A program made the translations under genes and the position numbers. A stretch of 63,962 bases of DNA, filler included, from Stramenopiles sp. TOSAG23-2 (lineage: Eukaryota): the NCBI GenBank assembly GCA_900128395.1. It is 5 parts of 5 records of this genome, joined end to end, with 100 filler letters (N's around TTAATTAATTAA, not from the genome) between each part and the next. Parts side by side here need not be neighbours in the genome. Positions count along the whole stretch, not along the records: positions 38,473 to 51,173 come from LT649839.1; positions 51,274 to 63,962 come from LT649840.1; 3 more parts are not named here. The stretch is one strand, 5' to 3'. Under the pieces are notes generated by a model that saw only the letters and a program-made list of their open reading frames with translations, was not told the origin of the DNA and did not search any database. This document shows positions 45,563 through 55,761 of this stretch, one piece after another (positions within the stretch are counted from its first letter, which is position 1; the number at the start of each line of letters is the position of its first letter).

Positions 45563-46744
45563 ATGGAAAGAAATATGAAATTGTTCATATCATTGTCGTG
45601 TTGTTTGATATTGTTACCTATTGTTTGTGCCGAGGAAATTAACAATGTAGAAAGTCACTGTAAAGCTGGTGAAAGTCCTGTCTATGAAAACATACGTACA
45701 AATGGTACGCAATGTACTGGTTTTTATAAAATTATAACAGCAGAAGAATGTAAATTAGCAGCTGAATATAATAGCTTCAATAATATTGATAACAATAAAG
45801 GATATGGGGGCGAACGGAGTTGGTCGTATTATCCATTTGGTTGTTTTTACAATAGGGATGGGTTTTATTATTTAAATACCTTCTCCATGTCAACAATAAC
45901 CTGTACTAAGTTGTACAAATGTATATGCAAACCTCAAACTTGTATTAAATGCCCATTACATCATTATAGCGAAGGCGGTAAGAGTGCATTATGTATAAAG
46001 TGTCCTAGCGATCGGCCATATACCGTTTTAAATAGTAAGCGCGATTCTGTTGATTCATGTAGTAAATGTCCAACAAATCATCATATTGACGACGGTGGTA
46101 CATGTATAACTACAACTGACGTAACTGCAACTGTTCTTTCACAAAGTGGTTGTAAAGCTGGTGAAGGTGTTATTGGATCTGGGGATGTATTTGCATCCGG
46201 TTCAGCATCACAATGTAATGGTCTTAATAAGATAAAAACAGCAGAAGAATGTAAATTAGCAGCTGAATATAATAGTTTGAATAATATTGATGCTAAATAT
46301 AATATGATGACAAGAGGTGATGGTGTTACAATAATGACACATCTTTCAAACATCAACAATAAATATGATAATGTTATTTTGAATAATATTGGTAATAATG
46401 GAGGATATGGAGGTCAAACAAGTTATTCAGGTTATCCACATGGATGTATATATGATACTCGTAGTGATCATAAGAAATATTATTTTAATGACAATATAGC
46501 ACCAACAACAGAATGTAGTGAATTATATAAATGTATATGCAAACCAAAAACATGTAGTAAATGCCCAAGCAAAACATATAGTGAAGGAGGTAAATGTATC
46601 CAATGTCCTAGAGATAGACCATATACTGTTTTAAATAGTAAACAGGATTCTATTGATTCATGCACGGATGAACTAGTATGTAATTCTGGTGAAGGTTATT
46701 CAATGTTGGATTCTTCTACGCCTGGATTAATGGTCTGCTCGTGA
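45563..46744 (+). CDS. Secreted Cys-rich protein with two internal repeats (possibly truncated)
   Basis: Signal-like MKLFISLSCCLILLPIVCA; duplicated module CKAGE...TAEECKLAAEYNS...GYGG...YPxGC...YKCICKP.TC.KCP...YSEGG...RPYTVLNSK. Stops just after a third unit begins (CNSGEGY). Confidence 0.75.
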   Translation: MERNMKLFISLSCCLILLPIVCAEEINNVESHCKAGESPVYENIRTNGTQCTGFYKIITAEECKLAAEYNSFNNIDNNKGYGGERSWSYYPFGCFYNRDGFYYLNTFSMSTITCTKLYKCICKPQTCIKCPLHHYSEGGKSALCIKCPSDRPYTVLNSKRDSVDSCSKCPTNHHIDDGGTCITTTDVTATVLSQSGCKAGEGVIGSGDVFASGSASQCNGLNKIKTAEECKLAAEYNSLNNIDAKYNMMTRGDGVTIMTHLSNINNKYDNVILNNIGNNGGYGGQTSYSGYPHGCIYDTRSDHKKYYFNDNIAPTTECSELYKCICKPKTCSKCPSKTYSEGGKCIQCPRDRPYTVLNSKQDSIDSCTDELVCNSGEGYSMLDSSTPGLMVCS

Positions 46745-47156
46745 TTATATCCGTGTGATTATATAAAATAAGTAAAAAGTGTGTATATATATACATGAAG
46801 TCTTGTATTTTACGTGTGTGATGATGTGGTAAAAATTCTCGTACGATAAGTAAAACAATATATTAGTGTGGTGATGCAGCCGGCTGTGGTTTTTCACAGC
46901 GGGGCATCCATTTTACTAGCCGCTGTCGTATTACGCAAGTCATTTCCTATAGTGTGCTCCAGAAAGAGTATTACTGTATGTGCAGCCAGATTCTTTTCCA
47001 TTGATTTGGATGCTGTTAATGCATTGGAAATGTGAAAAGATGTTTGGAGAAACCATATCATAACCATACGTACTGTATGATACACGTGCGTTGTATTTAC
47101 CATGGTAAAATAGTGTATCATATGATACTATATTACTTTGTAATCATGTAATATAT

Positions 47157-47160
<4 letters not shown>

Positions 47161-47193
<33 letters not shown>
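47161..47193. repeat. (CT)n microsatellite
   Basis: About 16 CT units just past the oxidase stop codon. Confidence 0.9.
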
Positions 47194-47197
<4 letters not shown>

Positions 47198-47199
47198 CT

Positions 47200-48684
47200 T
47201 TAGAAAAACCGTGCTGGTGTACATTTTTTCAACAATTCTTCTGTTAACGCTTTTAATTCTTCAGCATCATCATCATCATCATCATAAAGACCACTATAAT
47301 TATTACCAATATTTTTTGGCAAGGAAGAAGATAATACTATTTCAGAAACACAATCACCAATTACTGGTGCAAATTTAAAACCTTCTCCTCGAAATCCAGT
47401 GCAAATTATTACATTTTTATCTTCAGGATGAGGACCAATGATAAAGTCTAAATCAATTGCACTTGTGTATAAACAGCGACAAATCATTTTTGGAGTTTCA
47501 AAATTTAATGTTGGTAAATGTGTTTTAACAAAAGATGTAACAATCGCTTTTTGATAATTATCAATTTCATCTACGTTTGGTTGTCTTGTATTTAAAGTTT
47601 TACGATGATATACTGTTGAATCTATAAAATTTAATGGTGATGATCCTGGGACAACATGGAAATCGGAAGTGTGTAAAAATTCTCCCATGCAATGTACTGC
47701 GCATTTAAAAGCTTTCTTTCCACCTGGAACCATAGGAAAACAATATACAAAACTTTTTTTCGTTACACCATCAGCAGTTATATTTGTAATTTCTCCATCA
47801 ATAACAGGCATTTTTGATATAGAGTAATAATTGTTTGCATTCTTTTTAATGTTATTATTTTTTTTCGGCTCAAGATATAATAATTGTTCTGCAGATACAA
47901 ATATTGGAAGTTGTGACAAATTAGCAGACTTCAACGTCCGATTTGTCCACGGTCCAGATGCAAGTATTAATTTTGAATATTGTATTCTATTATTATTATT
48001 TGTAAGCAACTCACATTTTGAAGTATTTATTTTGTCTACTCTTTCCGATAAATTTATAATTGCACCATGTGCCTCTGCTTTGTCTTGCATGGCGTTTAAA
48101 CACTCTGGTGCATTAATAGCTAAACAATTATAATCAACAAATCCTACTTCGTTTTTTTCAAATTTCACTGCTGAAAATGCACTTTCGGCTTGATCTTTAT
48201 TAAATAAATTTATATTAGTTCCATGGCCATTTGCTACATGTTCATTTTTTACTTTTATGGCCTCTTCTTTTGATGGAAGTATTAACATATTTGATGATTG
48301 AAAAAATAGTCTACCTCTGCCATGATTTAAATTAGAATTATTATCATCTTCTAGTTGTAATTTTTCCCATAATCTTTTGCTTCGTCTTACTAACTTTCCA
48401 TAAATACCAGTATATCCATTTTGCAATCCCCGCGTATCACCCCAAGATGACCGTACGTTATGACTCTCATCAATTAAAATTACCTGGCCACCTTTTGAAG
48501 CAATACTTGCAGCAATTGATGATCCCATGATTCCACCGCCGACGATAACAATTGGTTTTTCATTAATAATTTCCTGATGAGCGAAAATATTTTTTTTGTC
48601 ATTATAAAGAGATATACCAATTATTGTTGGAAAACTTGCCGATAAAATGATTTTGTTGATGTTCTTCCGTGCAAATTTAAACAT
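47200..48684 (-). CDS. Sarcosine/L-pipecolate oxidase-family flavoprotein
   Basis: VIVGGGIMG, SSWGDTR, LILASGPW, CLYT (covalent-FAD Cys position), DFIIGPHP...GFRGEGFKFAPVIG. Confidence 0.85.
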   Translation of the reverse strand: MFKFARKNINKIILSASFPTIIGISLYNDKKNIFAHQEIINEKPIVIVGGGIMGSSIAASIASKGGQVILIDESHNVRSSWGDTRGLQNGYTGIYGKLVRRSKRLWEKLQLEDDNNSNLNHGRGRLFFQSSNMLILPSKEEAIKVKNEHVANGHGTNINLFNKDQAESAFSAVKFEKNEVGFVDYNCLAINAPECLNAMQDKAEAHGAIINLSERVDKINTSKCELLTNNNNRIQYSKLILASGPWTNRTLKSANLSQLPIFVSAEQLLYLEPKKNNNIKKNANNYYSISKMPVIDGEITNITADGVTKKSFVYCFPMVPGGKKAFKCAVHCMGEFLHTSDFHVVPGSSPLNFIDSTVYHRKTLNTRQPNVDEIDNYQKAIVTSFVKTHLPTLNFETPKMICRCLYTSAIDLDFIIGPHPEDKNVIICTGFRGEGFKFAPVIGDCVSEIVLSSSLPKNIGNNYSGLYDDDDDDAEELKALTEELLKKCTPARFF

Positions 48685-49137
48685 TATGTCTGATATTATT
48701 ATTCGTTGCTTTATTCTATGACGTATATATTTAAATTGTTGTAATTTATACAGATGATGTGTATTTATAATAGATAGACTATATATAATTACTGCTATTG
48801 TATCTCTTATATATAAATTTTTTTCATCACATCTTGGGCTCGTATGTATGCCAGTTGTTATTAGCGACAGGTACCAATTTAAATTACAATAATACCAGGT
48901 ATTATATCATCCAAAAAAAATAAAAAATGAAAAAAAAAAAAATGCACCAGGTACACATAAAAAATATACGAATATATAAAAAAAAAGTTCTACGACGTAT
49001 TAAAATATTAATAATTCGTACGTACTTCGTACCGCTTTAAACACACCCTCTCCCTGTGATAAAAATGCTTTTTCTCCCACCTCAACAAAAATATCATGTT
49101 TGTAAATGTATTATATATATATAGTTCGTTTCTCTAT

Positions 49138-50814
49138 CTATACCGTTTCCGTATTATTTTGTTTTGTCATTTCAACATTTGCAGTTTTGCTATTATACTT
49201 TGAAATAGTATTTTTACCACCACCTTCACTTTGTTGTACTGCATTTCCAGCCAAATTCAATTTCTTTCCACATCCAACAAATTTAAATAAAACGGCTAAT
49301 TCAATCAAACCTATGCATCCACCTATTAACCACATAACATGTGAAAAACTTCCATAATCATGCGTAAGCCTTAAAATATCCGATTGAAATAACGGCCCAC
49401 TAATTAAGGGGCATAAAGTAAATCCAATGCTCATTGAACCAGCGATTATACCAGTTGCTTTACCTCTTAAGTTTGGTGGAACAGCTGGTGTTGCAATTTG
49501 CAATAATGTTGGTAACGATAAGGAAAATCCAACACTAATTGTACATACAAAGAAAATAGCATGAATCCAAAATGGTGTAATAAATGTATACCCAACAATA
49601 CCTATTGATTGTAAAATGCAAGCTACTGCGATTGTACGAGGTGCACCAATCTTTTTAATAAATGCTTTTACACCACATACATTCATGACTATAGAGATGA
49701 CACCTACACCGGTTAAAAATATACCTAATTCAGTAGGACCAAAGTTAAACAAAATCATCCACACAAGCCCTGTCATACTAGTCATGCAAGTGAAACTAAA
49801 AGCTGCTAGCAATTGAGCAAGCGCACATGCCAATACAATAGCTGGTAATTTTCCCTCTGCCTTTTTCTTTGGGCCACCTCCTGGTGGTCCGCTTTTTTTG
49901 AATTCCCCAACAGTTGGTGGTTTGCCATCGCTTGATGATGGAGGCGCTTTTTTTCCAGCACCACTACCACCACCAGAAGCGCCACTCCCAAAACCACCTT
50001 TTTTTTTCCCTTTCATAATAAATGCTAGAAATTGTTGATGACCTTTTTCATATATTTCATCAACATTTTTTTTCCTAGGACCACAAATTCCTCCATTAGG
50101 TCTAGTCTCTGCGATTTTAAAGAAACCTATGATGCAACATATGCTTGCAACAACCACTGGGGAGAAAAATGCAACTCGTTTATTACCAGAGATAAAGGTA
50201 ACTAGAGCACCTAAACCAGGGCCAACCATAAAGCCAAGTCCCAACATGGCAGATGCTATTCCGAAATACTTTGCGCGCTCTCTTGGATCTCCAACAACAT
50301 CTAATACCATTGCTTGTACGACTGGTAATGTGCCTCCGCATATTCCTGATATTAACCTAGCCATTAATAATGATGGAATCGTTGTTGCAACACCACACCA
50401 TACATACCCAAGTGCTGATCCCATCAAACTGGTCATTATAATTGCTTTACGTCCCACTTTATCAGATAGTCGTGACATCAGTATATTGCCAATGACTTGT
50501 CCAAAACCGAAAAAGAAAATTGATAAACCAACTTCGATTGAAGTACCACATCCTTTCACTTCACCACATCGACCGACACTTAATGTAATATTGACATTTG
50601 GAGCTTGAGGGCATGTAGGACATGCCGTACCATCTTCCCAAGGCAATTCCAACATGTAATATGGTAGAATAGGAATTGCTATTCCCGCACCAAGAAAATC
50701 TACGAAGGCACACATATATGCAGGCCATAATAATTTAAAAATATTTGGCTGTCCTTCTTCCTTTTTATTGTCATTACTTTCACTTTCCTCTATTTTTGGT
50801 TGTTCCTCATTCAT
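49138..50814 (-). CDS. MFS transporter, tetracycline-resistance (DHA1)-like
   Basis: About 12 hydrophobic segments; motif A SRLSDKVGRK; ARLISGICGG; GFMVGPGLG. Likely start MNEEQPK at 50814. Confidence 0.88.
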   Translation of the reverse strand: MNEEQPKIEESESNDNKKEEGQPNIFKLLWPAYMCAFVDFLGAGIAIPILPYYMLELPWEDGTACPTCPQAPNVNITLSVGRCGEVKGCGTSIEVGLSIFFFGFGQVIGNILMSRLSDKVGRKAIIMTSLMGSALGYVWCGVATTIPSLLMARLISGICGGTLPVVQAMVLDVVGDPRERAKYFGIASAMLGLGFMVGPGLGALVTFISGNKRVAFFSPVVVASICCIIGFFKIAETRPNGGICGPRKKNVDEIYEKGHQQFLAFIMKGKKKGGFGSGASGGGSGAGKKAPPSSSDGKPPTVGEFKKSGPPGGGPKKKAEGKLPAIVLACALAQLLAAFSFTCMTSMTGLVWMILFNFGPTELGIFLTGVGVISIVMNVCGVKAFIKKIGAPRTIAVACILQSIGIVGYTFITPFWIHAIFFVCTISVGFSLSLPTLLQIATPAVPPNLRGKATGIIAGSMSIGFTLCPLISGPLFQSDILRLTHDYGSFSHVMWLIGGCIGLIELAVLFKFVGCGKKLNLAGNAVQQSEGGGKNTISKYNSKTANVEMTKQNNTETV

Positions 50815-51173
50815 TATGTTGTAATTATTATTTTCTTTTTCTATCTGTACGTAAAAATATATATTATATGATGTGTCGACTATACATGGTTGAATTTTGT
50901 GCAAAATAATTCTATATATTTATTCGAAGAGCATCTTAATAATGGGTTGAAGAATCAAATGATTCCACAATTTATACTTGTAAAAGAGACGGCGGATCTC
51001 AAAATAAAAAACGTCGGGTTGGTGATTTAGTATGGGAATAGCAGGTGTTATAATGCTGTGTAGATATTATTGCGATAGACGTACTTAAATTATGAACATT
51101 ATAACAATTTCTACTCCTATCAAAATTTGTATTATCTGTTTCCTATGTAACATATATATTCTACTAAGTACAA

Positions 51174-51273
51174 NNNNNNNNNNNNNNNNNNNNNNNNNNN
51201 NNNNNNNNNNNNNNNNNTTAATTAATTAANNNNNNNNNNNNNNNNNNNNNNNNNNNNNNNNNNNNNNNNNNNN
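51174..51273. other. Artificial contig linker
   Basis: 44 N + TTAATTAATTAA + 44 N. Confidence 0.98.
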
Positions 51274-51497
51274 TATATATATATATTTTGAATAATCAAG
51301 TAACAGAGCATGGTAACACATTATTAATTCCATACACTGTTAAACTTAATACAGGGAGAAGAAAGATCATTTTGTGTAGAAGTAATTATATTCTCTCTCA
51401 CACACACGCTCTCTCTCTCTCTCTCTCTTAATTATATATTTACCCTTTTTGTAATTAATAATATAATAATATATTATATATATATTAAATATTAAAA

Positions 51498-54008
51498 ATG
51501 AGTGGACTTGTTGTGGATAATAATAATAATAATACTGACGAAGCAGATAATAATAATAATGATAAAGGTGACAGCACGAAAGATATAAAACATAAATTCA
51601 AAAAATTAAGTGTCAATATACAAGCAGAAGTAGTGGATGACTATCAAAAACCACAAGTGAGTCCACGGTGGCTAGCGCCGAATCACGTAAAAACCGCTGC
51701 TCTGTTACATTTATATGCTTCTGTACATATGGAAGAAAAAAAAAATGATAGTCTATTCTTTCGTAAAGCAACCTCTACAAAAGCCGTTGGCTTTAAATTC
51801 GTCAAAGCTCCGATTAAAGAACCTTTGCATTTTCAAGCATTGGGTGGAAGTATTGTAAAAAAAGGTAGTGGCAAGAATAAGACGTTAGAAGGACTTCGGG
51901 CGTCTGCATTAGAAAATTTTAAATATATTATGTTTTATATGAAGGATATAACTGCAAAAGAGGCGGAACTAGGAGCAGCTGCTCAACATATGACAGACGA
52001 AGTATGTCGTAGTAAAATATCACAAGCTGGGTTGACCAGACCAGAATTACGTGATGAATTATTTGTTCAACTAGTCAAACAAACTAATGAGAATCCAAAC
52101 GCTGATTCAAAAGTACGAGGTTGGCAATTGATTGCATGTTGTGCAAACGTTTATAAACCTTCTGAAGAATTATTTCCTGCTTTTTTTCGATATGTACATG
52201 ATCATTGTTTCGTCGGTGGATCAATTGGGGCATTAGCAGTGTATACATTGAGGCAATTAATGAAACCGAAGGCATATGTTGCAACTCCATCTGCACGGCA
52301 TCAACAATCTATGGTGTCAAATTACGAATTAGGGAAATTAGAAGGGGACGTTGTGTGCGCTTCGCCATTTGCAGCTCCAAGTATTGGGGCAGTTTTAAAA
52401 CTTGAAGAATTTGTTGCGGAAGTTCATAAATACAAAGAAGCATTACAAGCTATGGGTAATATATTAGGCATGGCAAGCACGTCGAGGGGAAGCGGGAAAA
52501 CAGTTGCTGCAAAATTTGCCAACGTATCAGAGTCTGACGTAGATCTAGTAACTAAAGGTGCATGTGTACACATTAAAGGAGTTGACCAAACGAAATATCG
52601 TAAACGTTATGTATGGGTCCCTGAAACTTTAGATGGGCTTTGTTGGAATCGTGGCGATAAAAAGAATACACATAAATATAAAATTGTTGAATTGATCACG
52701 CTAAGTCGCTGTGAACGTGGTCCACCGGAAAAAGGCTTTGTAAAAGGCAGCGATCCTTATTTATTTCTATCCTTAATCGGACGCAATAAGGATAGAACAA
52801 ACTCGATGGATTTCAAATTTGAGAAAGGTTCAACATGTGAGGAATGGACAAAATCATTGAGGGATCTATTAGATGTTAGCAATTCATCCGCCAAGGCTAG
52901 ACAAGAAGCGGCGTCAAAACGTGCTGGGAACGTGTTACCAACAGCGTTTAAAGTGTCAAATGCTGGTGAGTCGTCGGTTAATGGAGTTTACCGGGCGAGG
53001 GGGAAAGTAGTCAATGGATCTCGTGTATATAAATGTCCAAGTGGCTATGTTATGAAAAAAGTTAAAATGAATGGTAAGCATGGCTGGGTCATTGAAGATG
53101 TAAATGCTGAAGATGAAAGTAAAAAAAATATGTATTTTTGGATCGGAAACAATAATGTTCCTGAAGAATTTGGATGGGAAGCTTTAGCCGGCGGAAAAGT
53201 GCCTGTTCCCATTGTAAAAGAAACACAATTTTCACGTAGAGCATCTGCAATTGCATCTGCGGCCGCAGCAGCAGCTGCAGTGCAAATGGGTTTACAAAGT
53301 ACGGATTCCCATGATGAAGATTTTAAAGATTTAAGCGATGATGAAGGCGGCAAGGATAGTAGGCACAGTATGATAAATTATATCGGGTGGGAAAATATGT
53401 TTGAGAAAACATATGACTTCCATACGGAGAATATACCAGTTATTGTGCAATTGCTTTGCAAGGCAGTTGTCCGTTTAGGTGGTTTCAATAGAGAAGGTAT
53501 ATTTCGCCTCGCTGGTAGTGTAGAAAAAGTAGAGTTGGCAAGAAAAAATTTAGAAAAGCGTGATTATAGTGACATTATGAAAAGTGGTGCTGTAACGGAT
53601 GCGCTGGTGGCAGCTGATCTGTTGAAACAATGGTTACGAGCAATGGAAGAACCTTTAGTGGAGTACAAAGTATATAACCATGCAGTAGATTGTGGAAATA
53701 GAAGAAAGAAAGAAATGTTAAGAGATGTTTTGTTGAAGTTAAGCATTGCAAATCGATGTGTGCTGCTATATTTAGCATGCTTCTTTAATCAATTGTCACA
53801 AAACTTTAAAGTGACGAAGATGGGAACAGCAAATTTAGCCATTGTTATTATGCCAAATATTATTAAAAGTAATAATGATGCTAATCCAGCGATGCAATTA
53901 ATGAATGTTAATGGTGAAAAAGATTTTGTAACTATGCTTTTTGAAGAGGCGCCTGTGTTATATGAAGAGTTTAAATCTACGATGCAATGTAAAGTTGAGA
54001 GTATTTAA
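51498..54008 (+). CDS. MyTH4 - PH-like - RhoGAP protein (ARHGAP39/vilse-like architecture)
   Basis: LRDELFVQLVKQTNENP...RGWQL (MyTH4); PH-like block ending CEEWTKSLRDLL; EGIFRLAG arginine finger, LLKQWLRAMEEPL and KMGTANLAIVIMPNI (RhoGAP). Confidence 0.88.
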   Translation: MSGLVVDNNNNNTDEADNNNNDKGDSTKDIKHKFKKLSVNIQAEVVDDYQKPQVSPRWLAPNHVKTAALLHLYASVHMEEKKNDSLFFRKATSTKAVGFKFVKAPIKEPLHFQALGGSIVKKGSGKNKTLEGLRASALENFKYIMFYMKDITAKEAELGAAAQHMTDEVCRSKISQAGLTRPELRDELFVQLVKQTNENPNADSKVRGWQLIACCANVYKPSEELFPAFFRYVHDHCFVGGSIGALAVYTLRQLMKPKAYVATPSARHQQSMVSNYELGKLEGDVVCASPFAAPSIGAVLKLEEFVAEVHKYKEALQAMGNILGMASTSRGSGKTVAAKFANVSESDVDLVTKGACVHIKGVDQTKYRKRYVWVPETLDGLCWNRGDKKNTHKYKIVELITLSRCERGPPEKGFVKGSDPYLFLSLIGRNKDRTNSMDFKFEKGSTCEEWTKSLRDLLDVSNSSAKARQEAASKRAGNVLPTAFKVSNAGESSVNGVYRARGKVVNGSRVYKCPSGYVMKKVKMNGKHGWVIEDVNAEDESKKNMYFWIGNNNVPEEFGWEALAGGKVPVPIVKETQFSRRASAIASAAAAAAAVQMGLQSTDSHDEDFKDLSDDEGGKDSRHSMINYIGWENMFEKTYDFHTENIPVIVQLLCKAVVRLGGFNREGIFRLAGSVEKVELARKNLEKRDYSDIMKSGAVTDALVAADLLKQWLRAMEEPLVEYKVYNHAVDCGNRRKKEMLRDVLLKLSIANRCVLLYLACFFNQLSQNFKVTKMGTANLAIVIMPNIIKSNNDANPAMQLMNVNGEKDFVTMLFEEAPVLYEEFKSTMQCKVESI

Positions 54009-54611
54009 AAAAAAATGTGGACCCACAAAGATAAAAGTTTTAAAAGAAAAAATATTAAAAATTATTAATAATATCATACTCGTATTTACTCCTAATCTTG
54101 TTGTGGGTGTGTACATAATGTAAAATAATGATCTCTGGTTAAAATCTAAGTTTTTAAAAATATGATGTGCATATCATTATGCATATCATAACATATGCAT
54201 TTACACATATGATAATATTAAATAATTTAATTAATGATATAATATATATATTATAAATAAGAGAAATTTTTTATATATATATATATGTTGCGTTATTTCT
54301 GGTAATTACATACATATATATATATACAGTATGAGTAAATAAAATCTTTAACTTATAAATATGATAAGAGAATTTTTTATATATGTTGCGTGTGGAATGG
54401 TGTGGTTTTTAAAATTCGTACATTTGTGTAATTAATGGGTATGTACAATGAAGACGTATTATGTTTCCAATACTACCCTCTGTATCTTTAAAACTTAAAA
54501 AAATATAATAAAAATCCATTACGTGTTTAGAATATTGATGGGGGGTTTTATACTCGTACATCCTGTCTCTTTCTGGCTTTATGATGTACAACTTTTTTAT
54601 ATTCCTTAGTT

Positions 54612-55163
54612 TTATATATCAATAAAAGTATTTGTCTTATGTGAAGCTCTTCTATGTCTTTCTCGTTGCTTCTCTTTCTTTATTTGATCTTTAATTTTTT
54701 TTAATCTAGCATCAAATGCATCTGATGCACTTTTAGCTGAGTCAGAAATTTGAGCAGCCTTTTTATAATGACATACACACAGTCCGCGACAGGTACAAGG
54801 CCCATCAAATGTATTTGATGCAACAGAATTGCTTGGATTTTTGGCATTATTCAATTTATTTCTAATGCGTTGTTTCAACATATCTTTCCTTTTCTCCCAC
54901 TCCGTCATTTGCGCTTTATTTTTGCTGTAAAAACCACCATTACGACTGCCATCTCCACTATCTAAGCAAGCGACTCTCGGTGCTGCACATAATCCTCCTC
55001 CACCACTTTTATCATCATTATTTTTGTCTTTGTTATTATCTCTTGCATGTCGTTGAAAATTTAGTTTCGGTTTTTGTCCACCAGTATTTTGTTTCACTTC
55101 CCTTTTTGCAGCACACCATCCACCATTATCTTCATATCCTCCATTATCTTGTGTATTTCCCAT
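54612..55163 (-). CDS. Hypothetical small basic protein, possible N-myristoylation (MGNTQ)
   Basis: 183-aa ORF with acaaATG start, CxCxxxCxC cluster and charged C-terminal helix. Confidence 0.65.
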   Translation of the reverse strand: MGNTQDNGGYEDNGGWCAAKREVKQNTGGQKPKLNFQRHARDNNKDKNNDDKSGGGGLCAAPRVACLDSGDGSRNGGFYSKNKAQMTEWEKRKDMLKQRIRNKLNNAKNPSNSVASNTFDGPCTCRGLCVCHYKKAAQISDSAKSASDAFDARLKKIKDQIKKEKQRERHRRASHKTNTFIDI

Positions 55164-55477
55164 TTGTTTCGATACATACGCCGAATATAATACAAAAAGG
55201 TGTTTTTATTTCTAATAACTGAAATTTTTTTATCCCATTATATTTTTGTATAACTAAAACAAATGTTTACTGTATAAAATGTGTACCTTCATAAAAATAT
55301 GATATAATATATATTAAATACGTGTTTTTTTTCAACAACAATTAATTATTAGGATTACACAATCAATTATTAATTACGTAATAATTTCATAATGTACAGT
55401 ATTAGCCTATATATAGGATATGAGTGTAATCTTTTTGGTACAGTAATGCTGTATGCTGTGGTGATGATTTGTGTCAG

Positions 55478-55576
55478 GTATTCCAGTATTCCAGTATTCT
55501 GGTATTCTGGTATTCCAGTATTAGCTCAATCTGGCAATCTGGCAATCTGGGCAATCCCGGCAATCCAGCAATCCAG
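55478..55576. repeat. Two adjacent 8-mer minisatellites in a divergent intergenic region
   Basis: gtattcYR x5 then caatcYRg x6. Confidence 0.75.
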
Positions 55577-55761
55577 GTGCGATGATGATGCAAATTTGCA
55601 CATTTTAAATCTAGATCAATGAAAAATCAAATATATTGCCTGGGGATTGAATAATAATAAATAATATATTTTTGTATTTAATATACAAGCATGCACAATA
55701 TAAAGTTTACATTATCATTGATACAAATCAATATAAACCACCGTAGAAAGCTTATCGACAA

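Noticed and set aside
12751-51273. TTAATTAATTAA recurring every ~12.8 kb
   Set aside because: Always centred in 44+44 Ns, and contig lengths fall steadily (12750, 12716, 12706, 12701, 12689). It is a concatenation linker, not biology.
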